Shown here: positions 19,288-27,771 of the stretch, one piece after another | Layout: each line of letters starts with the position of its first letter | Position numbering within the stretch: position 1 is the stretch's first letter | Assembly (NCBI GenBank): GCA_963739295.1 | Contig: CAVTZS010000008.1 | Location: 41,348 to 105,347 of the forward strand | From: an uncultured delta proteobacterium | GTDB taxonomy: Bacteria; Desulfobacterota; Desulfobaccia; Desulfobaccales; 0-14-0-80-60-11 | Length of the DNA: 64,000 nt | Direction: 5' to 3' | Notes under the pieces: generated by a model | Seen by the model: the letters and a program-made list of their open reading frames with translations, nothing else | What the model was told of the DNA's origin: nothing | The model's database searches: none | Position numbers and translations under genes: made by a program

Positions 19288-20007
19288 ATGAGCGGTTGGG
19301 GAAAAACTATTCTGGTTTTCCTGGGGTTGGTATGCCTGGCCTCAGGAGTGTGGGCCCAAGAGGACTTGCTGGCCCAGGGAGTGGCGGCGCAAAAGGCCAT
19401 GAAGAATGAGCAGGCGGTGCAACTTTTGGGGGAATACCTCAAGGAGCATCCGGATTCCGTGGAAGCGAGGCGCTACCGGGCCCTGGCCTTGCTCGCCTTA
19501 AACCGCCAGACTGAGGCCCTGGAAGATGTGGAAAAAGGCCTGGCCTCCCATCCTAAGGATACTGGTTTGCTTCTGGCTCAGGGCAAAGCCCTGGCCTCCC
19601 TGGACCGCCGGGCTGAGGCCGACGCGGTTTTTTCCCGGGTCATCGCCCAGGATCCCAAAAACGTCGAGGCCTACATGGACCGGGGGGACAATCTAGGTCA
19701 GGAAGGCCGCTTTGCCGAGGCCATGAAAGATTTTAACCGGGCCGCGGCCCTGGCTCCCAAGGACCCCTGGGTTTACAACCGAAGGGGGATAATACGGTTT
19801 TGCCAGGGCCACTACCAGGCGGCGGTGGCTGATTTAAGTAGAGCCATCCGCCTGCGCCCGGATCTGCCCCATGCCTACTTCGCCCGGGCCAATATCTACC
19901 GCTTTCATCTGGGCCAGGAGAAAAAGGCAGTGGCTGACTACCAGCAGGCCTGCAAGTTGGGAATACCCCTGGCCTGCCGGGAATTGGAGAAGATGGGGGG
20001 GAAATAG
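19288..20007 (+). CDS. tetratricopeptide repeat protein (secreted)
   Basis: Signal peptide MSGWGKTILVFLGLVCLASGVWA, followed by several TPR units. The ORF-track TTG at 19273 is an alternative start. Confidence 0.8.
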   Translation: MSGWGKTILVFLGLVCLASGVWAQEDLLAQGVAAQKAMKNEQAVQLLGEYLKEHPDSVEARRYRALALLALNRQTEALEDVEKGLASHPKDTGLLLAQGKALASLDRRAEADAVFSRVIAQDPKNVEAYMDRGDNLGQEGRFAEAMKDFNRAAALAPKDPWVYNRRGIIRFCQGHYQAAVADLSRAIRLRPDLPHAYFARANIYRFHLGQEKKAVADYQQACKLGIPLACRELEKMGGK

Positions 20008-20122
20008 CGGTTGGCGGTCAGCGATCAGCGGTCAACCACGTCTTTTTGGACATTTAACTTGGGTATCTCAAAACAGAAAACAGAAAACAGAAAACAGAAA
20101 ACTGACAGCTGAAAGCTGGCCG
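20008..20122. repeat. heptanucleotide tandem-repeat element (GGTCAGC-type array, spacer, (AAACAGA)x4, CTGACAG-type array)
   Basis: Read directly: GGTTGGC GGTCAGC GATCAGC GGTCAAC ... AAACAGA x4 AAACTGA CAGCTGA AAGCTGG. Confidence 0.85.
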
Positions 20123-20215
20123 CGGTTTTTCTAGTGAGCCTGCTTGAGATCGCCTGTATAATTATTAAGTAAACCGAGAAAGAATAAAGAGCAGGTTTAA
20201 ACCGGAGGAAGAAAG

Positions 20216-21208
20216 ATGCTTGCCACCAGATGGCTCAAAGGTTTTTTGATTCTTTTCACCGTATTTTTTTTAGGCGCCTGGGCTTTTCAGGTAGATGCCT
20301 GGGCCCGGGCCGGGGGCGGCGGATCCATGGGCAGCCGGGGCTCCCGGTCGGCTGCGCCTCCCAAGTCCTACACTGCGCCGACGCAGCCCTCACAGCCTTC
20401 CCGGCCATCCCCAGGAGTCACTTCACCGCCAGCTGCTTCACAACCCTATAGTTTTTGGCGGAGCTTTGGCGGCGGCTTGTTGGGGGGCCTGGCCGGCGGA
20501 CTGCTGTTTGGGAGCCTGTTTGGCGGCTCCGGAGCTTTTGCGGGCGGGGGCGGTCTGGGCGGCAGCGGCATCAGCCTGATTGACATCCTCCTGCTGGCCG
20601 GAATCGCCTACCTGATCTACTGGTACATCAAGAAGAAGCGGCAGGAGGCGGCGGTGGCCGCAGGCCCTTACCAAAGTAGCATGGGAACGGTGGAAATGCC
20701 ATATCAGACCCCATATCCGCCGGTGTATGACCAGCCCCGGGCTCCAGAGACCGACCAGGAGCTGGAGCAGGGGCTGAATTACATCCGCCAGATGGACCCG
20801 GATTTCGATGAAGCCAAGTTTCAAGACCTGTGCATGGATGTTTTCTTCAAAATCCAGGGCGCCTGGGCCAACCGGGATATGTCTTCGGTCCGCAATTTCT
20901 TGACGGAGGAAATGTACCACCTGCTCCAGGGTGAGGTGGACAAGCTGAAATCCGAAGGCAGGATCAACCGGCTGGAAAATATCGCGGTGCGCTCCGTGGA
21001 TCTCACCGAGGCCTGGCAGGAGTCCGGCACTGACTTTATCACCGTGAGAATCTACGCCAACCTGTTGGATTACACCGTGGACGAGTCTTCCGGTAGGGTG
21101 CTGGAAGGCAGCAAAACCGACCCGGTGAAGTTCGAGGAGTACTGGACCCTTACCCGCCCCGTGGGTCATAACCCCTGGCAACTGTCCGCCATCAACCAGG
21201 CGCCTTAG
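20216..21208 (+). CDS. Tim44-like domain protein with a Gly/Pro-rich N-terminal region and one TM segment
   Basis: 330 aa. The C-terminal 150 aa (DPDFDEAKFQDLCMDVFFKIQGAWANRD...WTLTRPVG..NPWQLSAINQ) match the Tim44-like domain pattern. Confidence 0.8.
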   Translation: MLATRWLKGFLILFTVFFLGAWAFQVDAWARAGGGGSMGSRGSRSAAPPKSYTAPTQPSQPSRPSPGVTSPPAASQPYSFWRSFGGGLLGGLAGGLLFGSLFGGSGAFAGGGGLGGSGISLIDILLLAGIAYLIYWYIKKKRQEAAVAAGPYQSSMGTVEMPYQTPYPPVYDQPRAPETDQELEQGLNYIRQMDPDFDEAKFQDLCMDVFFKIQGAWANRDMSSVRNFLTEEMYHLLQGEVDKLKSEGRINRLENIAVRSVDLTEAWQESGTDFITVRIYANLLDYTVDESSGRVLEGSKTDPVKFEEYWTLTRPVGHNPWQLSAINQAP

Positions 21209-21230
21209 GGTAAATCTGCAAAAATATATA

Positions 21231-21269
21231 GGGTGCCGGGGCGAAGGCCCCGGCACCCTATATTATTTT
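21231..21269. terminator. putative bidirectional intrinsic terminator
   Basis: GGGTGCCGGGGC-GAA-GGCCCCGGCACCC, flanked by AAAATATATA and TATATTATTTT. Confidence 0.6.
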
Positions 21270-21310
21270 GGGGGGGAGGGCCAGGGACGTGACGTCCCTG
21301 CCCTCCCCCC
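21270..21310. repeat. G/C-tract hairpin, type 2 (GGGGGGAGGGCCAGGGACGT/GACGTCCCTGCCCTCCCCCC)
   Basis: Inverted repeat read directly. Related copies lie at 29696-29737, 41838-41877, 26318-26365 and 40917-40972. Confidence 0.8.
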
Positions 21311-21344
21311 AACCCCCCCACCCAACCCGCGTAAGTGGCTGAGT

Positions 21345-21370
21345 GAGGCTGGGCCGGCCGGCCCAGCCTC
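21345..21370. repeat. perfect 26-bp palindrome GAGGCTGGGCCGGCCGGCCCAGCCTC
   Basis: Self-complementary, read directly. Confidence 0.8.
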
Positions 21371-21383
21371 ACCCCAGCCAAAA

Positions 21384-21450
21384 CTTAAGGGATTGGGGAA
21401 GGGGGTTTGGGGGAGGGGGTAAGGGTCTGCGACCCTTAGCCCCCTCTCCC
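21384..21450 (+). repeat. G-tract + hairpin element, type 1 (about 65 bp), copy B
   Basis: CTTAAGGGATTGGGGAAGGGGGTTTGGGGGAGGGGGTAAGGGTCTGCGACCCTTAGCCCCCTCTCCC. It is near-identical to 49145-49209 (+) and to the reverse complement of 41693-41760. Confidence 0.85.
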
Positions 21451-21454
21451 AAAT

Positions 21455-22273
21455 TCATTTACTCAGGCCTTCAATGCGGCGGGGATGGGTGTAGACATTC
21501 AGGCGCTCTTTGCGGGCGAAGCCCACCAGGGTGAGGTTGAGTTCCTGGGCCAATTCCAGGGCCATGGTGGTGGGGGCCGAGACCGCGGCCAGGATGGGGA
21601 TGCCGGCCCGCGCCGCCTTTAAGGCCATCTCGAGGCTGATGCGGCCGCTCAGCAGGGCCACCATGCGAGTCAGGTCCCGCCGTTCCATCAGGGCCCGGCC
21701 GATGACCTTGTCCATGGCATTGTGGCGCCCTATGTCCTCGGCAGGAATGAAGACCTCGGCGCCGGGAGTGGCCAGGGCTACGGCATGGGTCCCTCCCGTT
21801 TCGTGGAAAACCGACTGGGACTCCGTCAGGCGTGACATCAAAGCCAACAGGGCGGGTGGGGTAATGGTCAGGGTGCTGCCCACCTTAGGGACCTTCTGGC
21901 AGATTTCCGAGACCGCCTCTTTGGCGCAGAGGCCGCAACTGGAGTAAGCCACTTCCAGGTGGCGGCGGCCCCGGCGGTCCAGGGCCGCAGGGGTCAGATT
22001 GAGGTCCACCACATTGGGCGGCAGCAGGGGGTCGGTGGCAGTCCCGCAAAAATGGATGGTGATGACCTCGGCCAGGTCCTGGACGATCCCTTCGGTGTAA
22101 AGGAAACCCAGGGCCAGTTCCTTTTCCCCACCCGGCAGGCGCATCAACACCTGAAAAGGCTCTCCGGCCAGGCGGATTTCCAGGGGTTCCTCCACTGCCA
22201 CGCGGTCCGGCACCATCTCCACCTGCCCCCGGCTGTAGCGCCAGGTGGGGAATTCTAAAATAGATTCCAGCAT
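21455..22273 (-). CDS. fdhD: formate dehydrogenase accessory sulfurtransferase FdhD
   Basis: 272 aa. FdhD pattern (ELALGFLYTEGI, SSCGLCAKE, GRHNAMDKVIG). Confidence 0.9.
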   Translation of the reverse strand: MLESILEFPTWRYSRGQVEMVPDRVAVEEPLEIRLAGEPFQVLMRLPGGEKELALGFLYTEGIVQDLAEVITIHFCGTATDPLLPPNVVDLNLTPAALDRRGRRHLEVAYSSCGLCAKEAVSEICQKVPKVGSTLTITPPALLALMSRLTESQSVFHETGGTHAVALATPGAEVFIPAEDIGRHNAMDKVIGRALMERRDLTRMVALLSGRISLEMALKAARAGIPILAAVSAPTTMALELAQELNLTLVGFARKERLNVYTHPRRIEGLSK

Positions 22274-22277
22274 ATTC

Positions 22278-23162
22278 TTACCTGAGTGATTTAAAGTGCT
22301 GGGGAGGAGGGCATTGGCCGCCGACCCGGCCCCAGCCCAATTTGTTACACAGGATTTCGAAGAAGCTACGGTGGGGCGAGATGACCAGGTTCATATGAGA
22401 GGAGGCGCGGCGGATTTCCACCCAGTCCCCGGGTTGCAAGGCCTGTCCCACCTGGCCGTCCAGGGTGAGATAGAGATCCTGGCCCTTATGCTCCGCCAGG
22501 GTGATGGCCACCGTAGAGCCCTCCGGCAGGATGAGGGGCCGGTTGCTCAAGGTGTGGGGGGAGATGGGGAGGAGGATGATGTGGGACATGGTAGGGTAGA
22601 CTATGGGCCCGCCGGCGGAAAGATTGTAGGCGGTGGAGCCGGTGGGGGTGGAGACGATGAGGCCATCGGCCCGGTAGGTGGTGAGGTATTCCCCATCGAT
22701 CCAGGCAGTCAATTCCGCCAGGGTGGCCAGTGCGCCTTTTTTAATCACCGCGTCGTTGAGCGCGTCCCCCTGCCAGATGGCCTCTTCCCCTCGGAAGAGG
22801 GTGGTGGTGAGCATCATGCGCGCCTCCACCTCGTATTGGCCGGTGAGGATGTGATTCTCCATGCACAGGTAGAGTTCGTCCAGGGAAATCTCGGTGAGGA
22901 ACCCCAGGCCCCCCACATTGACCCCCAGGATGGGGATGTCTTTCTGACTGTAATGGCGGGCCACGCTCAAGAGGGTGCCGTCGCCCCCGATCACCACGAT
23001 AAACTCCACTTCTGGGGGCAACGGGGGAGGGATGCGGGGGTCGGGCTCATTCTCCACATGGCAGGCCGCCACGGCCCGGTCTTTCAGCCAGGCCTGTAAG
23101 TTCCGGCCGGTTTCCCAGGCTTGGGGCTGGTTCTTTTTGGTGACGATGGCCACACTTTTCAT
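22278..23162 (-). CDS. nadK: NAD kinase
   Basis: GGDGTLL motif and a typical NADK C-terminal region. I prefer ATG 23162 (MKSVAIVTKKN). Confidence 0.9.
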   Translation of the reverse strand: MKSVAIVTKKNQPQAWETGRNLQAWLKDRAVAACHVENEPDPRIPPPLPPEVEFIVVIGGDGTLLSVARHYSQKDIPILGVNVGGLGFLTEISLDELYLCMENHILTGQYEVEARMMLTTTLFRGEEAIWQGDALNDAVIKKGALATLAELTAWIDGEYLTTYRADGLIVSTPTGSTAYNLSAGGPIVYPTMSHIILLPISPHTLSNRPLILPEGSTVAITLAEHKGQDLYLTLDGQVGQALQPGDWVEIRRASSHMNLVISPHRSFFEILCNKLGWGRVGGQCPPPQHFKSLR

Positions 23163-23328
23163 AGGCGCTCTCCAGCAGTTGACAATTATCATAATCTCCG
23201 ATAATTATCAAAAGATTGTTGGGCCCGGCGTGTGCGGTCCCTGGTGGGAAGAACTTGGGTAGTTGAGAGCCCTGGCTCTGGCCCCCGCCATGCCCCGGTA
23301 AATCCATTAAAGAAGGAGTAATGATAAA

Positions 23329-24525
23329 TTGCGATTAGCCAGCCGCATTCAAAAGATTCCGCCCTCCGCCACCCTGGCCCTGAACACCAAGGCCAATCAG
23401 CTTAAGGCCCAGGGAATAGACCTAGTCAACTTCGGAGTGGGAGAGCCGGATTTCGATACCCAGGGAAATATTTGTGAAGCGGCTATTAAAGCCATCCGGG
23501 AGGGTTTCACCCGTTATACCCCGGTGGACGGCATCCCGGAGCTAAAAGAAGCGATTGTCGAAACATTTTCCAAAGATTACGGGCTTACTTATAAAACCTC
23601 GGAGATCGTGGTGTCCTGCGGCGGCAAGCACGCCTTATATAATCTCTTCCAGGTGCTCTTCGACCCGGGAGATGAAGTGGCCATCCCCTCTCCTTACTGG
23701 GTCTCTTATGTGCCCATGGCCCTGCTGGCCGAGGCGGTGCCGGTGCTCATCCCCACTGAGGAGAAAAATGACTTCAAGCTCAACATCTCCCAACTCCGGG
23801 AAAAGATCAGCCCCCGCACCAAGGCCCTGATCCTGAACAGCCCCGCTAATCCCACCGGGAGCCTTTACAGCCGGGAGGAGCTGGCGGCCATCGGGGAAGT
23901 GGTGCTGGAGCACGGGCTGTACGTGATTTCCGATGATATCTACGACAAGATTCGCTTTGAGGGGGCGCCCTTCGTGAATCTGGCCATGCTGTCCCCGGAA
24001 CTGAAGGCCCGCACCTTTGTGTTGAACGGCCTGTCCAAGACCTATGCCATGACCGGGTGGCGCATCGGTTATTTGGCCGGGCCCGAGGAGGCGATTAAAG
24101 CCACCGTCACTCTCCAGAGCCAGAGCACCTCCAATCCCACCTCCATTGCCCAGAAGGCCGGGGTGGAAGCCCTGAAGGGACCCCAGGATGAGGTGGCCCT
24201 GATGGTGGCGGAGTTCGCCTGGCGGCGGGACGACATCTACCGGCGGCTGTGGGACCTCCCGGGGATAACCACCACCAAGCCGGCGGGGTCCTTTTATATC
24301 TTTCCCAACTTCTCTTTTTACTACGACCGGTTGCACCCGGGGCCGGGCCAGTCTTATTCCCAGGCCCTGGCGGACTATCTGCTGGAGGAGGCCCGGGTGG
24401 CAGTGGTGCCGGGAATGGAATTCGGGGAAGACCGGTGCCTCAGATTTTCCTTCGCCACCTCCCGGGAGCGCATCGCCACCGGGTTGCGTCGGGTCAAGGA
24501 AGCCCTGGAAAAATTGGGAAACTAG
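23329..24525 (+). CDS. pyridoxal-phosphate-dependent aminotransferase (aspartate aminotransferase class I)
   Basis: 398 aa. TTG start 10 nt downstream of AAGGAG. Motifs: GEPDFDT, NSPANPTG, and SKTYAMTGWRIGY with the PLP lysine. Confidence 0.9.
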   Translation: MRLASRIQKIPPSATLALNTKANQLKAQGIDLVNFGVGEPDFDTQGNICEAAIKAIREGFTRYTPVDGIPELKEAIVETFSKDYGLTYKTSEIVVSCGGKHALYNLFQVLFDPGDEVAIPSPYWVSYVPMALLAEAVPVLIPTEEKNDFKLNISQLREKISPRTKALILNSPANPTGSLYSREELAAIGEVVLEHGLYVISDDIYDKIRFEGAPFVNLAMLSPELKARTFVLNGLSKTYAMTGWRIGYLAGPEEAIKATVTLQSQSTSNPTSIAQKAGVEALKGPQDEVALMVAEFAWRRDDIYRRLWDLPGITTTKPAGSFYIFPNFSFYYDRLHPGPGQSYSQALADYLLEEARVAVVPGMEFGEDRCLRFSFATSRERIATGLRRVKEALEKLGN

Positions 24526-24590
24526 GGAAGGAAAGAGGAAGCGCGGCCGGCCATTTCAGGTGGCAGCCGCGCTGTCCGTTCAACGGCGCC

Positions 24591-24875
24591 TTAGCGCCCC
24601 GCCGCACTTCGCTTGGAAGCCTTGAGGGGGTTGATCTTGATCTGGTTTTCCTTTTTCCCGTTTTTCACATGAGTGGCCAGATTGCAAGGCCCCCGGCGCC
24701 ATTTGGCCTCGGGATCCGGGAAAGAGCCGCAGTAGCTGCCCACCGACAGGTTTAAGGTCCGCTCACAGCCGTTACAGGCCTCCACCACGGGTCGACATTT
24801 CCCCCCGTTGAACGAACAGCCCTTTTTGCCCATAAAGGTGCAATCCAACCCCGGCTTGATGCTTACACAGTGCAT
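24591..24875 (-). CDS. small cysteine-rich protein (PxxKW-type motif)
   Basis: 94 aa from ATG 24875 (MHCVSIKPGLDC...) with eight Cys, the motif FPDPEAKWRRGPC and a basic tail. A strong RBS (AAGGAGGG) is present. Confidence 0.55.
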   Translation of the reverse strand: MHCVSIKPGLDCTFMGKKGCSFNGGKCRPVVEACNGCERTLNLSVGSYCGSFPDPEAKWRRGPCNLATHVKNGKKENQIKINPLKASKRSAAGR

Positions 24876-24916
24876 GGCCGTAGCCCTCCTTGGAAAAATC
24901 ATACAAATCTTTTCTT

Positions 24917-24944
24917 TATATAAATAATCTAATTAATTTGTCAA
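24917..24944 (-). promoter_or_regulatory. near-consensus sigma70-like promoter for the Cys-rich protein gene
   Basis: On the minus strand: TTGACA (24944-24939), a 16-nt spacer, then TATATA (24922-24917), about 40 nt upstream of the ATG. Confidence 0.5.
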
Positions 24945-25048
24945 GCATAAATATTCTGGCCCCTCCGCCCACGGATTCTTTGACCCGGAAGATTTATCCA
25001 ACCATCCGCCCAGGTATCCAACCCCAACCGGTTATCGATTATTAGGTG

Positions 25049-26263
25049 TTATTCCGGGTGGGCGGAGGAAGAGAAATCTTTGATTAGCAGATAAAAGCCG
25101 CCGGTTGCCAGGAAAATCAGCAGGGCGGTGAGCATAAAGCCCTCCTTAAAGCCAATCCTGCCGATAAGGCCTCCCATGAGGGCCGAACTCAGCATCATCC
25201 CCAGATAGATACAGGTGTTGTAGCCGCCCATGGCCAGCCCCCGGGAGTCCCGGGGGACAGTTTCGGCAATGAGCGCCCCCAGGGGGGTGAAAGCCAGGCC
25301 CATGGTGACGCCTAAGGCGACGGCGGACAAGATAAAATGGGCCAGGCTCTGGGAGATGCCGAAGCCGGCCATGGAGACGCCCAGGGCCAGGAAGCCCAGC
25401 ATCGCCAGTTTTCCCCGGCTGGCCACCCGATCGCTCAGGCGTCCGAAGGGAATCCGGGAGAGGCCGTTACAAACCGCCTGGGTGGTAAAGATCAGGCCGA
25501 TCTGGCCCAGGCTGAGCCCGTGATTATGGGCGTGCAGGGGAGAAAAGGTCACAAACATGCCCAGCCCGAAACAGCCGCCCAGGGTAGCCAGCCAACAGCC
25601 CAGCAGGGGACGATTTTTCAGGAGTTCTTTGGCTGCCCTTGACTGTGGGCGCTGATCCCGCCCGGAGCCCAGGATGGTGGTGGTGTCGGGCAGGCCCAGG
25701 ACTACCAGCCAGATGATTAAAAAGATGAAGGCCCCGGAAACGAGAAAGAGGGGGCGGAAGCCCCAACCCTGGGCCACCAAGCCTCCCGCGGCGGGACCCA
25801 GGCTCATGCCGCCGTAAAGGGCCGTGGTGTACCAGCCATAAGTGCGTCCCAGATGGGTGGGCGGGGAAATGTCGGCGGCGTAGGACATCAGGGTGGGGCC
25901 CACCGCGGCCAGCCCGGTGCCGAACAACAGATATATGCCCATCAGCTGCAGGGGAGTCTGGCTGACGTAAAGCAGTAGCGAAGTGGCCAGGGAGATCACC
26001 AGGCCCCAGATGATCAGGAGCTTCCGGCCCAGGCGGTCCGAGAGCATCCCCAGGGGCAGGGATAAGAGGCCGGCCATGAGCAAAAACGCGGCATTGATGA
26101 TCCCCACCTCAGTGGTGCTGGCCCCCAAAGAGCGAGCGAACAGGGGCACCACGGGAATCCGCATATACGAGCCGAGATAGGCGGTAAAGGCAATGCCGCA
26201 ACAGATGAATAGCAGCGTGCCATAGGATGGGGTAAGTAATTTTTGCCGCCACCAGGCTTTCAT
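25049..26263 (-). CDS. MFS transporter
   Basis: 404 aa, about 12 TM helices, MFS loop motif GMLSDRLGRK. Confidence 0.9.
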   Translation of the reverse strand: MKAWWRQKLLTPSYGTLLFICCGIAFTAYLGSYMRIPVVPLFARSLGASTTEVGIINAAFLLMAGLLSLPLGMLSDRLGRKLLIIWGLVISLATSLLLYVSQTPLQLMGIYLLFGTGLAAVGPTLMSYAADISPPTHLGRTYGWYTTALYGGMSLGPAAGGLVAQGWGFRPLFLVSGAFIFLIIWLVVLGLPDTTTILGSGRDQRPQSRAAKELLKNRPLLGCWLATLGGCFGLGMFVTFSPLHAHNHGLSLGQIGLIFTTQAVCNGLSRIPFGRLSDRVASRGKLAMLGFLALGVSMAGFGISQSLAHFILSAVALGVTMGLAFTPLGALIAETVPRDSRGLAMGGYNTCIYLGMMLSSALMGGLIGRIGFKEGFMLTALLIFLATGGFYLLIKDFSSSAHPE

Positions 26264-26291
26264 GTGCCCGCCAATTCTCGTTAAAGTTTTA

Positions 26292-26514
26292 ATTATGAGA
26301 TTGTTGCAATTAGTTTTTGGGAGAGGAGGCCAGGGGCCAACGGCCCCTGCCCCCTCTCCCCCAACCCCTTATTATTTAAGGGAATCGAGGCCCTAAGGCC
26401 TCGATTCCCAAAGTCTTAAAGGGGGTTGGGAGGGGAGTTTGAGGGGAGGGATTGTAAGTGGCCTGCGATCCCCCGGTCCTCCCCTCAAAAGACTTTCGCA
26501 ACGGTCTCATTATA
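26292..26514. repeat. composite block of three nested G/C hairpins bounded by imperfect 18-bp inverted repeats (MITE-like)
   Basis: The left end ATTATGAGATTGTTGCAA and the reverse complement of the right end (ATAATGAGACCGTTGCGA) match at 14/18 positions by my hand alignment. The interior hairpins lie at 26318-26365, 26379-26408 (perfect GGGAATCGAGGCC/GGCCTCGATTCCC) and 26441-26486. Confidence 0.6.
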
Positions 26515-26757
26515 CCAGGCCCCCCCTATGAGAGCACTCAAAGGCCGCAGCCCCTAAAATTTTAGCATGGCCGGCCGGGAATTTTGGCGTGATGGATCTC
26601 GCCCCGGCCCGGCCTGCTTTATAGGCGACCCGGGAGGTTGCCTGAGCAAGGGGGTTGTTTCGCTTCCTCCGGCCTAAACTCTGGGGTGGGGAGTTGGGGG
26701 GCAGGGAAAATTCAGGGTCCCTTTGCCCGGGGCGGCAATATCTTTTATAATAAATAA

Positions 26758-27771
26758 ATGAATCTGGTGGCGGCGCTATTGGAGCCGGCGGCCTATCCGG
26801 AGCCTACCAAAAGGGTGGAGCTGATTCAGACCCACATCTCCTTCGTCTTCCTCACCGACCGTTTCGCTTACAAAGTCAAGAAGCCGGTGGATTTAGGGTT
26901 TCTGAATTTCACCACCTTGAGAAGGCGCCATTTTTATCTCCATGAGGAACTCATCCTCAATCGCCGCTTATGTCCGGAGATCTACCTGGCGGTGCTGCCC
27001 ATCGTGGCCCGTAAGGCTGGGGTGCGGGTAGGGGGTAAGGGCCACCCCCTTGAATATATCTTGCAGATGCGGCGCCTACCCCAGGAGCGCATGATGGACG
27101 AAGTGACGACCCGAGGGGAGCTGAACCGGGAAATCCTGGACCGGATCATCGCCCGGTTGGTGCCGTTCTATGAGCAGGCCGTCACCGGCCCCCGGATCAA
27201 CAAGTTCGGGGAGCCGGCCATCATCGCTTACAACCATGAGGAGAATTTTTCCCGCACGGAGCCCTTTGTCGGCCAACTTTTGACCCGAGAGCTCTTTGAG
27301 GAGATTCGCCACTTTGCCCGGACCTTTTTGGCCAAGAAGCGGGGCCTGTTCCTGCACCGCCTTCGGGAGGGCCGCATCCGGGACTGCCACGGCGACCTGC
27401 ACATGAGGAACATCTGCCTGGAGGACGGTATCTATATCTTCGATTGCATTGAATTTAATCCGCGATTCCGTTATGGTGATGTGGCCGCAGATATCGACTT
27501 TTTGGCGATGGATCTGGATTTTCGGGGTCTGAGGGAGCTCAGCCGCTATTTTGTGGGGGGCTTTGCCCAGGCGGCCCGGGACCCGGAATTGCTGCAGATG
27601 CTGGATTTTTATAAATGTTACCGGGCTTACGTGCGGGGCAAGATCAATGCCTTTGCGGCTCAGGAGCCGGAGCTGACCCCTGAGGGCCGGGAGCAGGCCC
27701 GGGACGCGGCCAGGGCTTATTTTTCCTTATCCGGGGAATATGCCCGGGAAGGAGCCCGGTGGCTCCCATAG
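26758..27771 (+). CDS. phosphotransferase (APH/kinase-like) family protein
   Basis: 337 aa. Brenner-type motif CHGDLHMRNI and a DxD region FDCIEFNPRFRYGDVAADIDFLAMDL. Confidence 0.7.
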   Translation: MNLVAALLEPAAYPEPTKRVELIQTHISFVFLTDRFAYKVKKPVDLGFLNFTTLRRRHFYLHEELILNRRLCPEIYLAVLPIVARKAGVRVGGKGHPLEYILQMRRLPQERMMDEVTTRGELNREILDRIIARLVPFYEQAVTGPRINKFGEPAIIAYNHEENFSRTEPFVGQLLTRELFEEIRHFARTFLAKKRGLFLHRLREGRIRDCHGDLHMRNICLEDGIYIFDCIEFNPRFRYGDVAADIDFLAMDLDFRGLRELSRYFVGGFAQAARDPELLQMLDFYKCYRAYVRGKINAFAAQEPELTPEGREQARDAARAYFSLSGEYAREGARWLP

